A stretch of DNA of 51,797 nt, counting the filler, from Catajapyx aquilonaris (Eukaryota), in NCBI GenBank assembly GCA_000934665.2. It is 3 parts of 3 records of this genome, joined end to end, with 100 filler letters (N's around TTAATTAATTAA, not from the genome) between each part and the next. Parts side by side here need not be neighbours in the genome. Positions count along the whole stretch, not along the records: positions 34,597 to 51,797 come from JYFJ02007010.1; 2 more parts are not named here. One strand, 5' to 3'. The notes below the pieces were generated by a model. It saw only the letters and a program-made list of their open reading frames with translations, made no database searches and had not been told where the DNA came from. This document shows positions 35,152 to 51,312 of the stretch, piece by piece; the first letter of the stretch is position 1; each line of letters starts with the position of its first letter. Both the position numbers and the translations under genes were made by a program.

Positions 35152-36288
35152 ATATTTTTCAAAAAAATCGATGACTATGACCTGACACCTTTTTTTCACT
35201 CACTGGCTGATCTGAAATGGAACCACCCTACAAACAAGGGTTACCAGGTGGAAGACGAAGAACCACAAAACTAATCAAAATGATATCTAACATACACTAT
35301 TTTCAGTATTTTGTGTTAGTTTTTACGCTCTGAATTTTAAAATTATGTTGATTTCATTAATCGTTGTAGTCAAGAATTCAATGCACTATTAGCACCACCC
35401 GAGTCCCGCGGCAGATTCGGGAACATCTAGTCGTGTGGAACCGTGTGGAACAGTGTGTTCTTTCCAGAATTCTCCGTAATTTTCCGTCACCATGGTGATC
35501 TACAGTGACTTTTACCTACCGGGCTGTAACCCTTCGTGCTACAAGAAGTAGAGGACCGATACGCCGTCGTACCCTCCGATAGGATATTGAGGGGAGTTGG
35601 GCGGAATTTGGGACATTATTGGCATCGAATGAGACATGTTCTTTTTGTGGGACGGAAGTTGGAACAATCGGGTATTATTTTTGTAGTGTTTGCAGTGGAG
35701 TGTCTTTTCATAATAAGCGACAAACTGATGGTGGGTCTTGGAAGACAAGTCAGCAATCAAAGGCACCTTGAGCTCCACAACTTGTAATATTAGACATAAT
35801 ATGCATGTTCCATTACTTCATTGTACAATAACAATGTATGGTAACTTACCGTTGTCGTTGTCACAGGGTGGATAGGATAGAGGGTTTGTGGGTTCCATGG
35901 TCACCCCCCCCCCCCCCCCCNCCCCCCATTTTGGGTGGCAGAGATTGATGGTAGGGTTTGGTCGAATTACGTAAGAGAGAGACTTGTTGTTACACAGCAC
36001 AAATTATTATTGGTTCAATTGAGAAGCTCGGGTGCAAAAGTGCCTAAGTCCATTTTCTTCCTTTTTCACGAGAGGGCAAGAAAGCATAGCGTCCATACTA
36101 GCTAGAATGAGTCACTTCTTTATTGCTTCGGTAATTGATATGATCCGTGTCCTTCCACTAGCAATAGTGCAGGAAATCTAGTCACAGCAGTTTTAGAGAT
36201 AATGACAATAAACCATTTGGACTTAGGCAGTTGCACAAAAAATTCCCTTACTTCATAGTAGTACGTAGTACTGACACAATAAACACAT

Positions 36289-38405
<2,117 letters not shown>

Positions 38406-38809
38406 CGGACATTATTTTGTAATGACCTTTTATGCAATTTGTGCATTTTCATCAGGGTTAATCAATATTCAGGCCTGTTCATGTCACAGCATAGCATTAA
38501 TTTTCTCATGTCCTACGTCCACAAAATGTCACAATAAATGTCCAAAGAGTGTTAAAATGGAGTTTGGAAGACCTAAATAGTGAAATAACTTAAGATATGT
38601 AAGAAAATAATCATCTGTTCGCATCTAGCGAGTGATGGTTCTTGGAGTTCAGTTTGCAGGGTAAAACGTCTTGTAAATGCTACCGTTTTCACATGCATTA
38701 TAATAATGCATGCAGTATTTCTACATCGCAATGCATTACGGTACTACATATTTTTTCATATTTCAAAGGTCTTCTTTTCTGTGAGGCTATTGACATTTTG
38801 TATATACAA

Positions 38810-39010
38810 TAGTCATTTTGAGCAGGTCACATTCCTTTTTCATTCCTTGGGGTGGGCTACCAATCTACCAAATTTCAAGAAAATCGGTTGGAATCTCACG
38901 AGTTGACCTCTGCACCCCAAAATTAGGGGTCACAGGGTAATTTTGAGCAGGTCACTTTAGGTTCCTCTTTCATCCCTTGCACCAATAATAATGCACCAAA
39001 TTTCAAGGAA
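38810..39010. mobile_element. Fragment of the 21860-22424 transposon family
   Basis: Shared motifs GTCATTTTGAGCAGGTCAC and TGGGGTGGGCTACCAAT. Confidence 0.7.
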
Positions 39011-42000
39011 ATGGGTAGGAATAATGAAGATTCACGGTTTATCTAACCGATTAGGAGTAACCCCCACTAAAAACAATCATGGAGCATAATCAGGTTATAT
39101 CTCTCCCCGATGATATCTTTTGATCTGGGTCCATTCTGAAATTTTATTACCCTTGTATACAGTATCAGCGGTCTATGTTCACTGCTGACCAGCCCGCTGT
39201 ATACGATCCATTGGTGGATCTTCCTAGTGTAGCTACTGTCACAGCCCACATCCTGGAGCACTTTCATGACTACCTCCAGCAATATTGTATCAACTGGTGA
39301 CAATAAATGGGGCAAAAACAACCACCATTACAACAGTCATCACCACTAACTTACTAACTGTAAGTAGGAATGGTGCTATATAGTGGGGACAATCATAGTG
39401 GGGTGCTATATAGTGGGGACAATCATGGAAGCCACCATGAACCACGTACATCTACAGCAGGTTCCATATAATCAGGCCATAATCAGGACTCCTACCATGG
39501 TGCAACCAGTATCCATCTGCAAACCCCAGCAGGGTTGGCAGCACACTCCAACTCATCATCTGCATCTTCATCCTCACGTCATGTCATGGAAATGGACATC
39601 ACCTTCAGGCTTCATCCACATCATGGCCACATGGTTGGGCATCATGATGGGCACCATCATGATTGTAAACTCACTAACGGCAGAGAAGGGGAAACCTTCA
39701 CAACAGCCCACTACTGTAAAGAAGAGTAGGCCCTACTTTCAGAACCATTCCAGAAACCATCATTGGAGTTTTAATGTATTTTTTTCAGCCATAATGTATA
39801 CTGTCGAGTGTAGAGCCATTAGTTGGGTCTTTTTCCTATTTTCACTGGACATGCCTCATATCTCGAAAATGGCTGCGAAGTGGGTCTTTTTTATGCTCAC
39901 ATTTAACCTATAACCCCTCCTTACTCCTGCCAGTGGCTGCGTCAGCCGCCAGTGCCTGTAGTGTAGTAGGCCTACTTGTCCTTTTGGTGTTTGTGTTTTC
40001 TAAATATAGCTTTTTAGACCATACCTTGTATCTCCTGTTTCTGATATTCATTTCCAGTAGCAGGTGTGTACAGTACAATACTGATGTAGGGTAAACTTCT
40101 GCACTCTACTGTACGAGTGTACGGTACGTACACTCGCATAGTAGAGTATAGTTTACTCTGCGGACAAATGCCTACTAGATGGGGTACCTAGTCAGTTTGG
40201 TCCAAGTTTGCTGACACTCTCGAATAAAATGCTGCACGTAGTGCAGGAAATGTGGGCCAGGTGGCGTTGCTCGTCATTCATTTCACAATTGATTACCTCG
40301 AGTCGCACGGTTTTCAATTTTACTACAATAAAACCCCTATGTACAGGAATCTGTAAAGGTTCTCCGTTCCGCCAAAAGTGGTTTTTGTTATACGAGACAA
40401 AATATTATTATATATTGAAATTCCTGGACCGCACAGGGGCAAAGTACGAGTAAGTTCCATCACGTTCCTGTAACTCCTGGTTCCGTAATGAACAAGCTTC
40501 CGTTGAGTTACTACTACAACAACAACAACTACAATAATTGTCTACTCTATGTCAGAAATAGCAGGGGCGGATCCACGGCGGGGGGGGGGAGNCCTCCCCC
40601 AAATCAGCCTAAGACTCTTTAAAAGTATAACTATCACATCAGATCTCATTCGAACCACGATCTTTGATTTGATTTTGATTTCTTGCAAACTGTATTACGC
40701 AAGGCGTTAAAATAAACTAGTTTCTGGGTTGTGGCATGATATATTAGACATTTCTGAGACATTTTCAATTGTTCTCCGTACTGGCAGCATGTGTCGAAGA
40801 CCAGGAAACTGTCTCATGGGGCAAAAGTACTAACCTCATGCTAACCTTATGGGATATTTCCGACTTTTGTTTTTAACCTTTTTTGTCGATGCAACGGATA
40901 ATCCGCACACGGGTAATCGAGAGTACAGGGTACTCCATTTGAGGATTTGCTAATAGTGGTGGCATGGAACATATTATTATTAGATTTCATTTGTGACAAT
41001 TTAAAAGTAAATATCCCGTCTCATGTAACTTTTGATGTATTTTTTATTACATATTGTTCTACACAATTTATGTAGCTCTTTCAAATCCTTTGTTATATGC
41101 GCACTTTTGCCCCAGCGCGCACCGGTGCGGTGGGGGTAAAAGTGCGTTTGTGTCGTTGTTTGCAGAAAAAATAATTACATTAAATTAATTCCGAATTAAA
41201 ATAAAGGGCCTTGAGTGTATTTGAAAGAAGAGGGTTTGAGGATTTTGAGGCAAAAACTAAGTGCGTGCTTTTGCCCCACTCTACTCTACGTAATGCCTAT
41301 CTCTCATTAAGAGACAATTAAAATGAACTTTTTGCATAATTGAACCCTGTTGAACCTCTTACAATAACCTACAGTGCTTAACAATATTATTTAAAGACGT
41401 ATACAGACTACAGTATATACTTATTGTGTTCAGATAGCCCTTGGGCACAGAATAAAGTGAGTTACGAATGATAAAATTCGCTTCGAAACACTTCAATCAT
41501 TATTCATAAGGAAAGCTCCCATAGGAGAGGATTGCAACAACAATATTGACAGGAAAAATATTGTCATTTTCTTACGCGATCACTCTCTGCCTTTTAGAAT
41601 TCAGAACAAAAGCGGAAAATGGGAGGGCCTAAATTGAAAAAAAAAGAACGATAGCTCCTTGTGTATAGGTTGTATAGCTTTACTTTATCTCCCCCTTTTT
41701 TGAGTTTGGATCAAGAAAGCGTCCTAGTGCGTAGAAAAGGCCCGCTTATATCTCCGTGTAATACGCTTGGAGCTAATTCATACCGTATTCTCTTGAACCG
41801 AACGAGTAACTTGGACGAAGGAAATGAATTGTGTAAGTCTGCCTGTGATGCCTTTGAGTAATAATTATATTCTTTTCAGAGCTGTTCCTTTGAAGTTCCC
41901 AGAGAGATCCAGAGCACCTGCAGTGAAAAAGAAAGATAAAAGACGGGTGAGAAATTACTGAAATGCGACGAGTGGATGGGATTCTGTGGTAACGGGGGAG

Positions 42001-45000
42001 AATTAATCAGGGATTCTGGGAACATTTTACCGTCAACATGTTGCAAAACGTCAAAAGTAGTCTACCAGGTATATTCATGGGACCTGCGAGATTATTTGAT
42101 CGAAATCAAGGGTGAGTTTGAGGTGAGGCTGTCACTGGACCGACTGTTATGTAAGCTAATTAAAGGGAGAGGCTCATCAAAATTTCCGCAGCTAATCAGA
42201 GGCGTTGCTCGCTTCATGTTTGCCTTTGCACTTTGCTAAACAAATCATCGTGGGAGGAGTTATCAGCTGAAAACATAGTCAACGGAATCCACTCTCTGAC
42301 ATGCGCATCATAGGCTGCCTTATTTGCCCATAAAAGGCCGGCCACATTTTTGAGGGAGCCTTTAGTAAGCAGTTGAGAAGGGGCTCGTCTACTTGCAGGC
42401 AGAAAATTCATTTTCTTGTAGCATTAATAGGTTTTGTTTGTGAGAAATACGATTAAATAAACATAATGGTTAATATAAAAAATTGCAATCAGTTTGATCT
42501 TTATGCTCAAAAATAATAATCCCTATTTCATGCGATTGTGATATTGAAATCGCAGCTCCCATTTTCATGAGGTTGAGCGGGGCCCTTCAACTTATGTGCA
42601 CATTGATTCAGGTGAGAGTAATATACAATTTAGATTTTTGAGGGGACGCCGGACGCGGACGTGACACTCAGACACTCAGTATCGTTTCTTGCTGTGCATA
42701 TAAGCTAGGATAAGGTGCACCGAAATCCAAGTCGTCTTTTTCGTTGCCAGTTCATGCGCGACATTATTTATTACCCCTATGCTTTTTCCTCTTTTGGGGG
42801 GTCCATTTAAACCGCTGGCTGTTGGATGACACTTGTTAGAACCCCCTGTTTATTTTAACAGCTTAGAGCAGTGACTCCCGAGCTTTTTTTTTTGACGGCA
42901 GTCCACATTATAGAGACTGGTAATTAAAGATTCCGTTGCCCACCTTGGCCGCTAATTTTCATGAGCTAATTGGCCTATGTATTTCTCATACAAAAATGAA
43001 TAATATTCTTGATCAGCTTGTGGCCCACTATAGTGGGCTAAAGACCGCATTTTGAGAACCGCTTATTGATCAGTTATGTGAAATAAAATGTGATTACTAC
43101 CTTAGGAGAATATGCTCCGGGTTCGTATCAATGTTGCCCGAAGTTTTTGAGTGACCACTTGTTAATCACATTATTATCGAAATTAAGAAAGTTTCATGCA
43201 CCTGGACTAGTATACCAGTCTTCAGAAGTTACGTGAAGGAGAACAAATTACAAAAGAAAATGGATTAAAGATTTCATATGTTGCTGTCGATGAAACTGCA
43301 CAATTATGGAAATTGTACTATAGTTGACCAAGTTTAGAAATAACCTGGGCAATCGCTCCAATACTGGCGTAAAAATATATCAAAGAAAGGGTTTTCTCAT
43401 TTTATTTTCAAACATGTCTATCCAAGCAGGGGATCCCAGAATCGTTATTTGTTCATTCCTCTTGATGAACCGGGACTCTTAAACTTTATAAAGCCGAATA
43501 CCACCCTCTGACTGCTTCATTCTGTCATAAAATGCAATACATTTCAGAACAATAAAACCGGTAAATTAAACAGTTCAAAAGAGCAGGCATCTGCCACATC
43601 ATTAAAAAAATCCGCCAGACCCTGCAAAATCGATTTGAAAAGAACACTATACACAGTGGTCCAAGCAGAATGATGCACTGCTTACAGGAATTCTGCTGGT
43701 TTTCACTCACCAGATAGCAGGCAACAGATAATACTCTATACTGCTGTATATTGATATACAAGGTACTGTAAGGGCAGCATGGACACCAAACTATAACTGT
43801 CTCTTTTCACACTCTGGCACGTCCCGAGTGTATCGCCATTATAAGCTGTGCATGCAGCGTGTTTGACGTATACTGCGCTTCCTCATACTGACATGACATT
43901 AAAAATCATTTCCCACTGCTTTAACGGATGGGACACCAATTCACCCAGATAGAGGACAATGGCTTGTGACACCAAATCCCTTTAGAGGCATCAGTGTTTA
44001 TTAAACCAGGATTTAAAAAAAAACACCTGGCATACTAACGTAAGTGCAAATGAATTATTGTAGCAGGTCTGCACACGATTTGTGCACAATACACAAGACA
44101 ATGCAGTAATGTTGTTGTCTTCCTAAGTGGCCAGCAACAGTTGCTTACGAGTGAACATATGAGCTACTGGTAAACAAAGGGTAAATTTGGAAACTAGATA
44201 CAATCAACTGTACATGTAACTCACGATGAAACACTAACTGATGATGTTTAAAATGACTCTTTTCAAAACTGAAATACCGGTACAAGAGTTCGCTTACGCG
44301 ATTTAGGTCAGGACATGTATAGGACAGTCTTTTCTCCTTGGAGCCAATCCCACGTCCTTTTTTTCCCCCTCCCCCTTCCTCCTGCTAATTGCTTTAGCGC
44401 AAGTTATCCTCCGACAACCCTTTTCTAAGGCCAACAATTTGCACGTTAATTTCGAAACCTACTCGGAGTTGGTGCAATAATTGGAAAGACGCCAGGGGCG
44501 CCTTCCTTACTCCTTTGTGATCCTTCTCTTGGATCGCACCTTCTACTATAGTCCTGTTTTTCCTCGACACGAACTCCCAACAATCGAGGCTGATTATTTA
44601 GATGAACCTTTGCAAATGTAATAGCGGCCGGAGGAAAAAAAAAAAGTTGGATGAAACTGTCCCAGATTTTTTTTTTCTGGCTGAAAAAAATATATGTGCT
44701 AAGTTGGATGAAGGCGTGGGTGGTTATTAGTTGAGATATTCAGGACAATAGATGATTGGCGTCTGTTATGGGTAGGCAGCGCCATCATCGGAGGAAGCAG
44801 GAAATGCCTTCATTTTTCTTCTCGGGTAGGTCCGATGCAGTTGGCGGTTGGGTGGTGAATGGAGGCCCTCCCCAAAAAACCCCGGAGCCGAATAGCGTTT
44901 GGGGCGCGCGAATTTCATTAGAGAGCCTGGATGGGATGGATCCTTTTTGGTGGTGGGTGGTTGGGGGGATAGTGGGACGGGGTCGGGGCTATATCTACCT

Positions 45001-45496
45001 CCGGGCCCATTTTACTCTACTTGCGGATCCTCCTCTGGATCGTATAGAGAGAACGAAAAAAAAAAAAAAGTTTGGGCCTGACCAAAGGCGCGTGCGGCTT
45101 CTGGGACTTGCCCCAATCTCGCCAGTTCAGTTCCCAATTTTAGTCTATTCCGTCGTGTCTAGGGGCTTGGCAAGTTACTACTCAACTGCTGTAATCATCT
45201 CGGTGAAGCCCTATTACGTTCCGAGATATAAAGTCAGTTTTTTGAAATAACCTTGCAAATATTGACAATTAAATGAAAGTGAGCCACCGATGTGTTGACG
45301 TTAAATGTGGATCAGCCGCAGATCGTATACGGAAAGCCCTATGTTTGAAGCCCCATCCTTCTTGTAGGGCTTGGCAACCAGACACCTGAAAGACATCCTT
45401 GGAGAGCATCCTTCCCGTGTCTTTCTTCATTTAAGCTCAGCCCCGGGTTTTCCGGTCTTCCATGGAAATTTCATAAAGGAGGTAGAGGAAAGGCGA

Positions 45497-45535
45497 AGAG
45501 AGAAGGAGAGAGGGAGAGAGAGCGAGAGAGAGAGA
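45497..45535. repeat. Imperfect (GA)n tract
   Basis: Read directly from the sequence. Confidence 0.85.
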
Positions 45536-48500
45536 GTCTTTTATTGCTGTTGAGCAGGCCGGCATCGAAACAGATTAACTTCTTAGGCAGCCTTGTCAGC
45601 AAGGAAGGTGGGAGGAATCTATTAGGCTTCCGTTTTCGTTTCCTGGTAATGAAATGGGCAATGCGGAACGGGACCCTAATTTGCATACCCCTGGATTTAA
45701 TCAATTCCTCAAAACAATTTAAGGTGACGCGCGGAATAAATCTGCCCGAGTCACAATGCATCAGGAGAGAGGAGGAGGAGGAGGGGGGGGGGGGGTTATC
45801 GTAAGGAGGTAGAAGGAGGAGGAGGGGTGTTGTGAGTCAAGACTGTAAAATAAAAGGTGATTCTCCGGTTTCTAGCAAGTGGAGTTCGGAAGGAGTCATT
45901 AAATCCGCCTCTACACCTCCTGGCTTGGATTAAAAGGTTGGCTTGATCGTTCTCAGGTTCCAGAGGAATCTGTCAAGAGATGGGAGGTGGGGTTTGCAAG
46001 TCAGATAAGCCAAGGCTTTTATTTATTCACACTTTGTTCGCGGGTGACAGGGTTCTCTGGGAGTCTCGTTATCATTTTCTTTTCGGAGATATGACTTATC
46101 TAATATAGTTCATCCACGCCGATCGTTTTATGGGGCTTTTATGCGACCGCGTGCAAAATGTTATGCATGCAGATCTGGTTGCTATCTCGTCGAGTGGTAA
46201 TTAAATCGTCGTATATACCGTTTTCATCATTTTGCCAGGGAGAGGTTTGAAGCCTGACCCACTAAGCGATTAGTGCTAAATCAAGGCCTAGTCGTAGATA
46301 CGAGTATAATTATAGAGAAGTTTTGATAGCAAAAGAGAGGTGAATTGCCTGGGGGGGGGGGGCTTAAAAACGATGCAAGTTGAAATTAAAATTAGCCTAT
46401 ATTTTGTTTCCTGGTCCTTAAACGAATAGTTAAGAATTATTGCCAGAAATATCAATTTACAGAGTAATTTTCAGTTTTGTCTGCAATGACACAATTCATT
46501 TGGGTTAGAAATGGACTTATACTTATGTTATTGTACCCACAATATGTTATCACATAAACACCTGAAGTTGTAGAGCAGTCATTGTCTCATTTTGGTCAAA
46601 ATCAAGTTAGGCATTGTTTAATAGAGTCCTGGAGGGGAACTTCCTGGTAGTCGAGTAATATTTCTGATGGAGAAATTACAGCGGCCTATTAGAGAGATTT
46701 TTGAACAAAATTCAGTCCTTAAGGAATAACCGGGGATAACGCAATCTTCAATCTATACAAACTCTCATATCTCGATTTCACTAAAATGTGGCTCTGATCG
46801 TTCTGCATTTCAGTTCTTCATAGATTAGTTTTATTCGTTTAAAATGAAAAAAAAACAACACCTCAACCTCCATACATTCTCTCTGCCTTCTCTCAACCTA
46901 ATGGAAACAGCAAGATAATAGGGCTAAAATTTCTTTAGGAGGTGTATAGAGTAAGAAAAATAGCTTGCTTCTCTTAAGAAGCAAAGTTGCTCCTTTTGCC
47001 ATTAGCAGCGAGCTGGCTAATGACAATGTCCTATTTGAGTTCGCCGGTGTACCAAATTAGAAGCTTCTTAGTGTTTCCCTTGCTGAAAGGATAACTACAG
47101 GTGCTGGGATTATTCCGATTTAGCTTACAAAAATACGGTTTAAAAAAATCCAAACACCAGCGGTAAGATTTCTTTGACCTTCATAATGCTCCCTACAATT
47201 AGGTATACATTTCTAGTAATTTTATTTGTCAGATGGTAATAATGTTGCGGGCTTGACACCTGAAGAATATGGAAAAACCCATTAAATATTTGGTACAGTA
47301 TTAAAGTGATAACTTAATTATCAATTTTGAAGACTTCGTTAGGGTTCGTTCTTTGGGCAAGAGCGAAACATCAGAATAAAATGGCTTCGAAAATGTGAAT
47401 CTATTGTTAGGGTAGGCTCTGCGCCAATGTCAGCAGACTTCTGGTTTCAATAAATCTGTACTACATCCATATTCCCAAAGTTATTAATCAGGAGGGGCAC
47501 GCTCCATCAGGGCTTAATTGCATGTTTCACTGTGAAATACCCTGGGGACTCTTTGCGACAACCCATGACCAAAGGTCTTTGGGGTTTTGGTTTTTGGCAC
47601 CAATAGGCTTAAAATGAAGGGTTAAAGGAAGGAAGTCCATTTCCCCCAACTTTAGTCCCATGGGGAAAAAATGCTAAGAGGATTTTGCTAAGTGATGGAG
47701 CCGAAAACCATAAAATGGATTGTTACTTTGCTGGTGCAAGCCTGGATTGATTTTTCCACTTTCACTTTCGGTAATATTTAAAAGCGTTGTATTCAGTGTA
47801 AGCTGTATTAATCGAAAAATCCGTCAGAGTGGTTTTGCAGCAACTCTGTTTTTTATCCATCTCCTAGCGCATCTTGCTTTTCACCATTTTTCCCCCATTA
47901 TTTTTCTACCTTCCCTCAACTTTGGATCAATCTCAATCACTTCCACTTTTTTTTCCATCACTTGGGTCGGCCTAAAAGATTAGGGATAAATAACAGTCAT
48001 CGTCATCACCAACTGTTCCGACCTTGTACCCTATGAGGTCAACATCCCCTATGACTCTATTATGTAACATTTTTAAAATAACAAAAACACTTTTATTCAT
48101 GCCGCAGGGTGTACGATGCATGTGGTTAATTCAAGCTGTGGAAGAGACTTCGTTTATTCAGTGCGAGCTATTATTCACAGAGTTTTATCTACTTTTAGTG
48201 CTGGAGGTCTGCATCGTGAACAGACGGTAAGCGGAGTCCTGAGAGTCAGATAGAGCTGAAAATAGATGGGACATTGTATCTGCAGTACAACAGACAGATT
48301 GGTCCATTAAAGGGAAGATTCATATTCACTCTGAAAACTCCGGGTTTTGGCCGGAAAAAAACAAGACTTTTTTATTATTATTTTTCAGCACTGCCCTTCC
48401 CAGCTGGATTTTCAAGTCGTCCAAGGGGAAAGGGCGAGGCCATTTCTTGTGTCTCTAACTTAGCAGCTGCAGTGATGCGGTAGTTTGTCTAGTCCCTGGG

Positions 48501-50991
48501 CGATTGCATGTCCGGTTCAACGAATATTCATCATGCGTTCCTTGACTTTCTAGGGTTGTCCGGTGTGCCTTCTGGCACACTTCTGCACTATTCAAATATC
48601 CGTGCATGCTTTGCCGGTTTTTGAGCTTGTTTGCATGCATAACTCATCGGGGGTATTTTCTTGCTTAATGGACAGGACGATGATCGTGGATTCGGGTGCC
48701 TACTGATTAAGAAAGGTACTGATAGGTTATATTAGTTGGTGACTTGGAAGGTGGTTTGATACCGGTATGTCATTACTATCATCACGTGGATGACATGAAA
48801 GATGGAAAGAAATGTTGCCAATGCACTGGTGCAACGATGCTGAAACAATTCATACACATTTTCCAAGTGTTAACTCATTTAAATTTAAATTGAGTAGCTC
48901 GATGGAGTACTCGCATAAAATTGTGTGCCTTTCCGTTAATCAGCGACGCAAAATTATCACGCATGTCCTAGGCACAAAATATTGCAGCACACTATCACAA
49001 ATTTGTTAATAATGTTATTAGTGAACGCGTTATCCGACTGGCCGGTTTGTCCACAAAACCTGTTGATGATGTGGCTGACGCATAGATAAAGTCACTTACG
49101 GGATTAAACTGCAACAATACGGTCTAGAAGAATCTATAAAAAATGTTGCCTAGCATGCTAATGTTGATTACAAGTGTTGCTGCACGGTGCGGAGGCAATT
49201 TCATCAGCGTGAAACCCGCAGTTAGTCTCCTCTCCGGACTTATTTAATAAGTGTATTCTCGGTCCCGCCAATTAGAGTACAAGTAATGTGCGACGTCTAG
49301 TTTGCTTTGGAGGTGTGCAAACCAAAAGGGAGAGGAGGGAAACTCCTGCGGGAGTAGAAAACCCCTAGCTCCATTTATTCTTAAAGGGGAAAATGCCTGG
49401 CGGGTCTTATGCGAGATTTTTGGTGTCCAGTGGCGGCAGAGATTGCATTTCTGTTGGGAAAGGGGGGATGGGTTGAGGGGGTTGAGGGGGGGGGGGGTTG
49501 GCGAATGTCATGGTTGGACCACCCCCAGCGTGAAAACGGTGTCAACTAACGTTTGTTCAAATGTCAGTACGAATCATTACCCCGAGAGAAAGTGAGAATT
49601 TCTCACCAGGACAAGTGATGCGGAAGTTCGCGATAAATTTCAGCACGGGGGGGCTATGAAGTTGATTGTCAGTTTCGTGTTTGCACGACACCACACTCAT
49701 GCATTACTTTTTTATATATATTTTTCGTTATCTCACCTTTAAGAGGTTTTCAGAGTAACCTAACACGAGTCTGGAGCGGTCATGGTATAACAAATGTTCT
49801 TAAAATTTTAATACTTGATTCCATTTGCAGGTATATTCATGAAAAATACGCGTACCAATTTTTTGAGACCTTCACATTTAATATAGTGCAAAGTAGTGGC
49901 ACCGTGTTTTAATCTTTCAACCTTCCTCACTCTGCGTGAATGACGTTTGTATCCACAGCATTTTTGAGCCTGCAGGTTATATCGATATGCTGTTGCATAC
50001 ATTCCAGGAGCCCTCTTCGCAATTCAGTGCCATGGAAGAGAAGCAGATGAACATCAACCAATAGGCCTCAGCATAGTCAGCAATTATCGCTTTTTTACAA
50101 AGCCCCATCTAATCGAGAGAAGTGCAACGGGGGCTGCTGGACCGCGCCCGCGGGATAGGACAAACACGGGCAGTCAGGCAATTCCGGTGGGGAAAACATC
50201 AAACCGTGCTGTACTCTGATCAAAAAAATTTTATTTACAAATTGTCTCGGTGAGTTATAACACATTTCGCACTCAGTTGTAAAGAGACAAATTATGGAGG
50301 TAACCTTGTCCTCTGCCGCCTAACTTCTGCTCTTTTACCTCCAGACGAACGATGACTCGGCAACTTCGGAAGTAGCCAAGTAGGCCTACCCTCTGAAATG
50401 GTTGCACATGTCTGGTGTTGGGATATTACGGGTACGGATATGGGATACCACCCACTACACGCAACGGTGTCCAATTATTGAGATGTTTAGGGTGCAAGGC
50501 CTTCCTCCCCCAGGGTAAAAAGCGCTGTAAACAGCATATCTCTTGATCCCGGACACTAAAGGCCCGGATTGTCCATGCTGGGGGAGACTTGAAAATCCGG
50601 TGAAGCGCAGCATGGAAACGTAGTGGAGAGGCCTTTGAAGAGGGTACTTTTAGTACTCGGCCTGGGCCCAGGCGCCAAGCAATTACAGTGTATGGTTATT
50701 TCCTTGCCACATTTAACCCGCTTTCTGCTCCTGCAACTCCCCACCTCTCCCCTGTACACCCCTCCCTCCCCAAGTGACACTAATTTTCACGGTTAATGAC
50801 ACGTTACAGATTACAGGATAGGGTCTAGGGGAAGAGGGTTGGGGGAATGGATGAGGCTCCGGATTTCATACCCCATTTCTGCGGATCCGGAAGAGTGAAA
50901 GGTATAGATTGCGATGGTTTTGTTGTTGATGACACACATTTCAAGAAACGCATGAAAGAGTGCCAAACTATTTTGCTTAAACTCTCCGACC

Positions 50992-50994
<3 letters not shown>

Positions 50995-51045
<51 letters not shown>

Positions 51046-51312
51046 TAATAATAATAATGGATACCCCGTGATAGGCCCCTTGGGCCTCTAAGGGGATCAT
51101 CTTTTGAAAACCCGACTTTAATAATTTGCCTGTAATGTGATGGATTTTGATAGTGGGAGGAAACGGGAGAACCCCGAGAAAACCCACGCGAACACCGAGA
51201 GAACCCATAGAAACTCTATCCACATAAGTATCCTCCGTCCGACCCGGGGATCGAACTCGGGACCTTAGAGGTGGAAGGCTGCGGCGCTAACCACTCGGCC
51301 ACCGTGTCGCCC
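50995..51312 (-). mobile_element. Full-length tRNA-derived SINE with a V-domain-like core and (TTA)n tail
   Basis: Head GGGCGACACGGTGGCCGAGTGGTTAG (A box)...GAGTTCGATCCC (B box). Core GCGTGGGTTTTCTCGGGGTTCTCCCGTTTCCTCCCAC. The tail is the (AAT)n microsatellite at 50995-51058. Confidence 0.88.

Noticed and set aside
35490..35772. CxxC...CxxC stretch (CSFCGTEVGTIGYYFCSVC) on the plus strand
   Set aside because: The frame is short, bounded by stops, lacks splice context and has no recognisable family; it could be a decayed transposon but this cannot be supported.
44756..45804. ORFs of 86-164 aa in the third contig
   Set aside because: Low-complexity composition with homopolymer runs, no splice-consistent exon chain and no recognisable homology.
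51240..51312. SINE heads as genuine tRNA genes (also at 18030, 21660 and 26250)
   Set aside because: They lack a complete cloverleaf, continue into SINE bodies and tails, and occur as several decayed copies.
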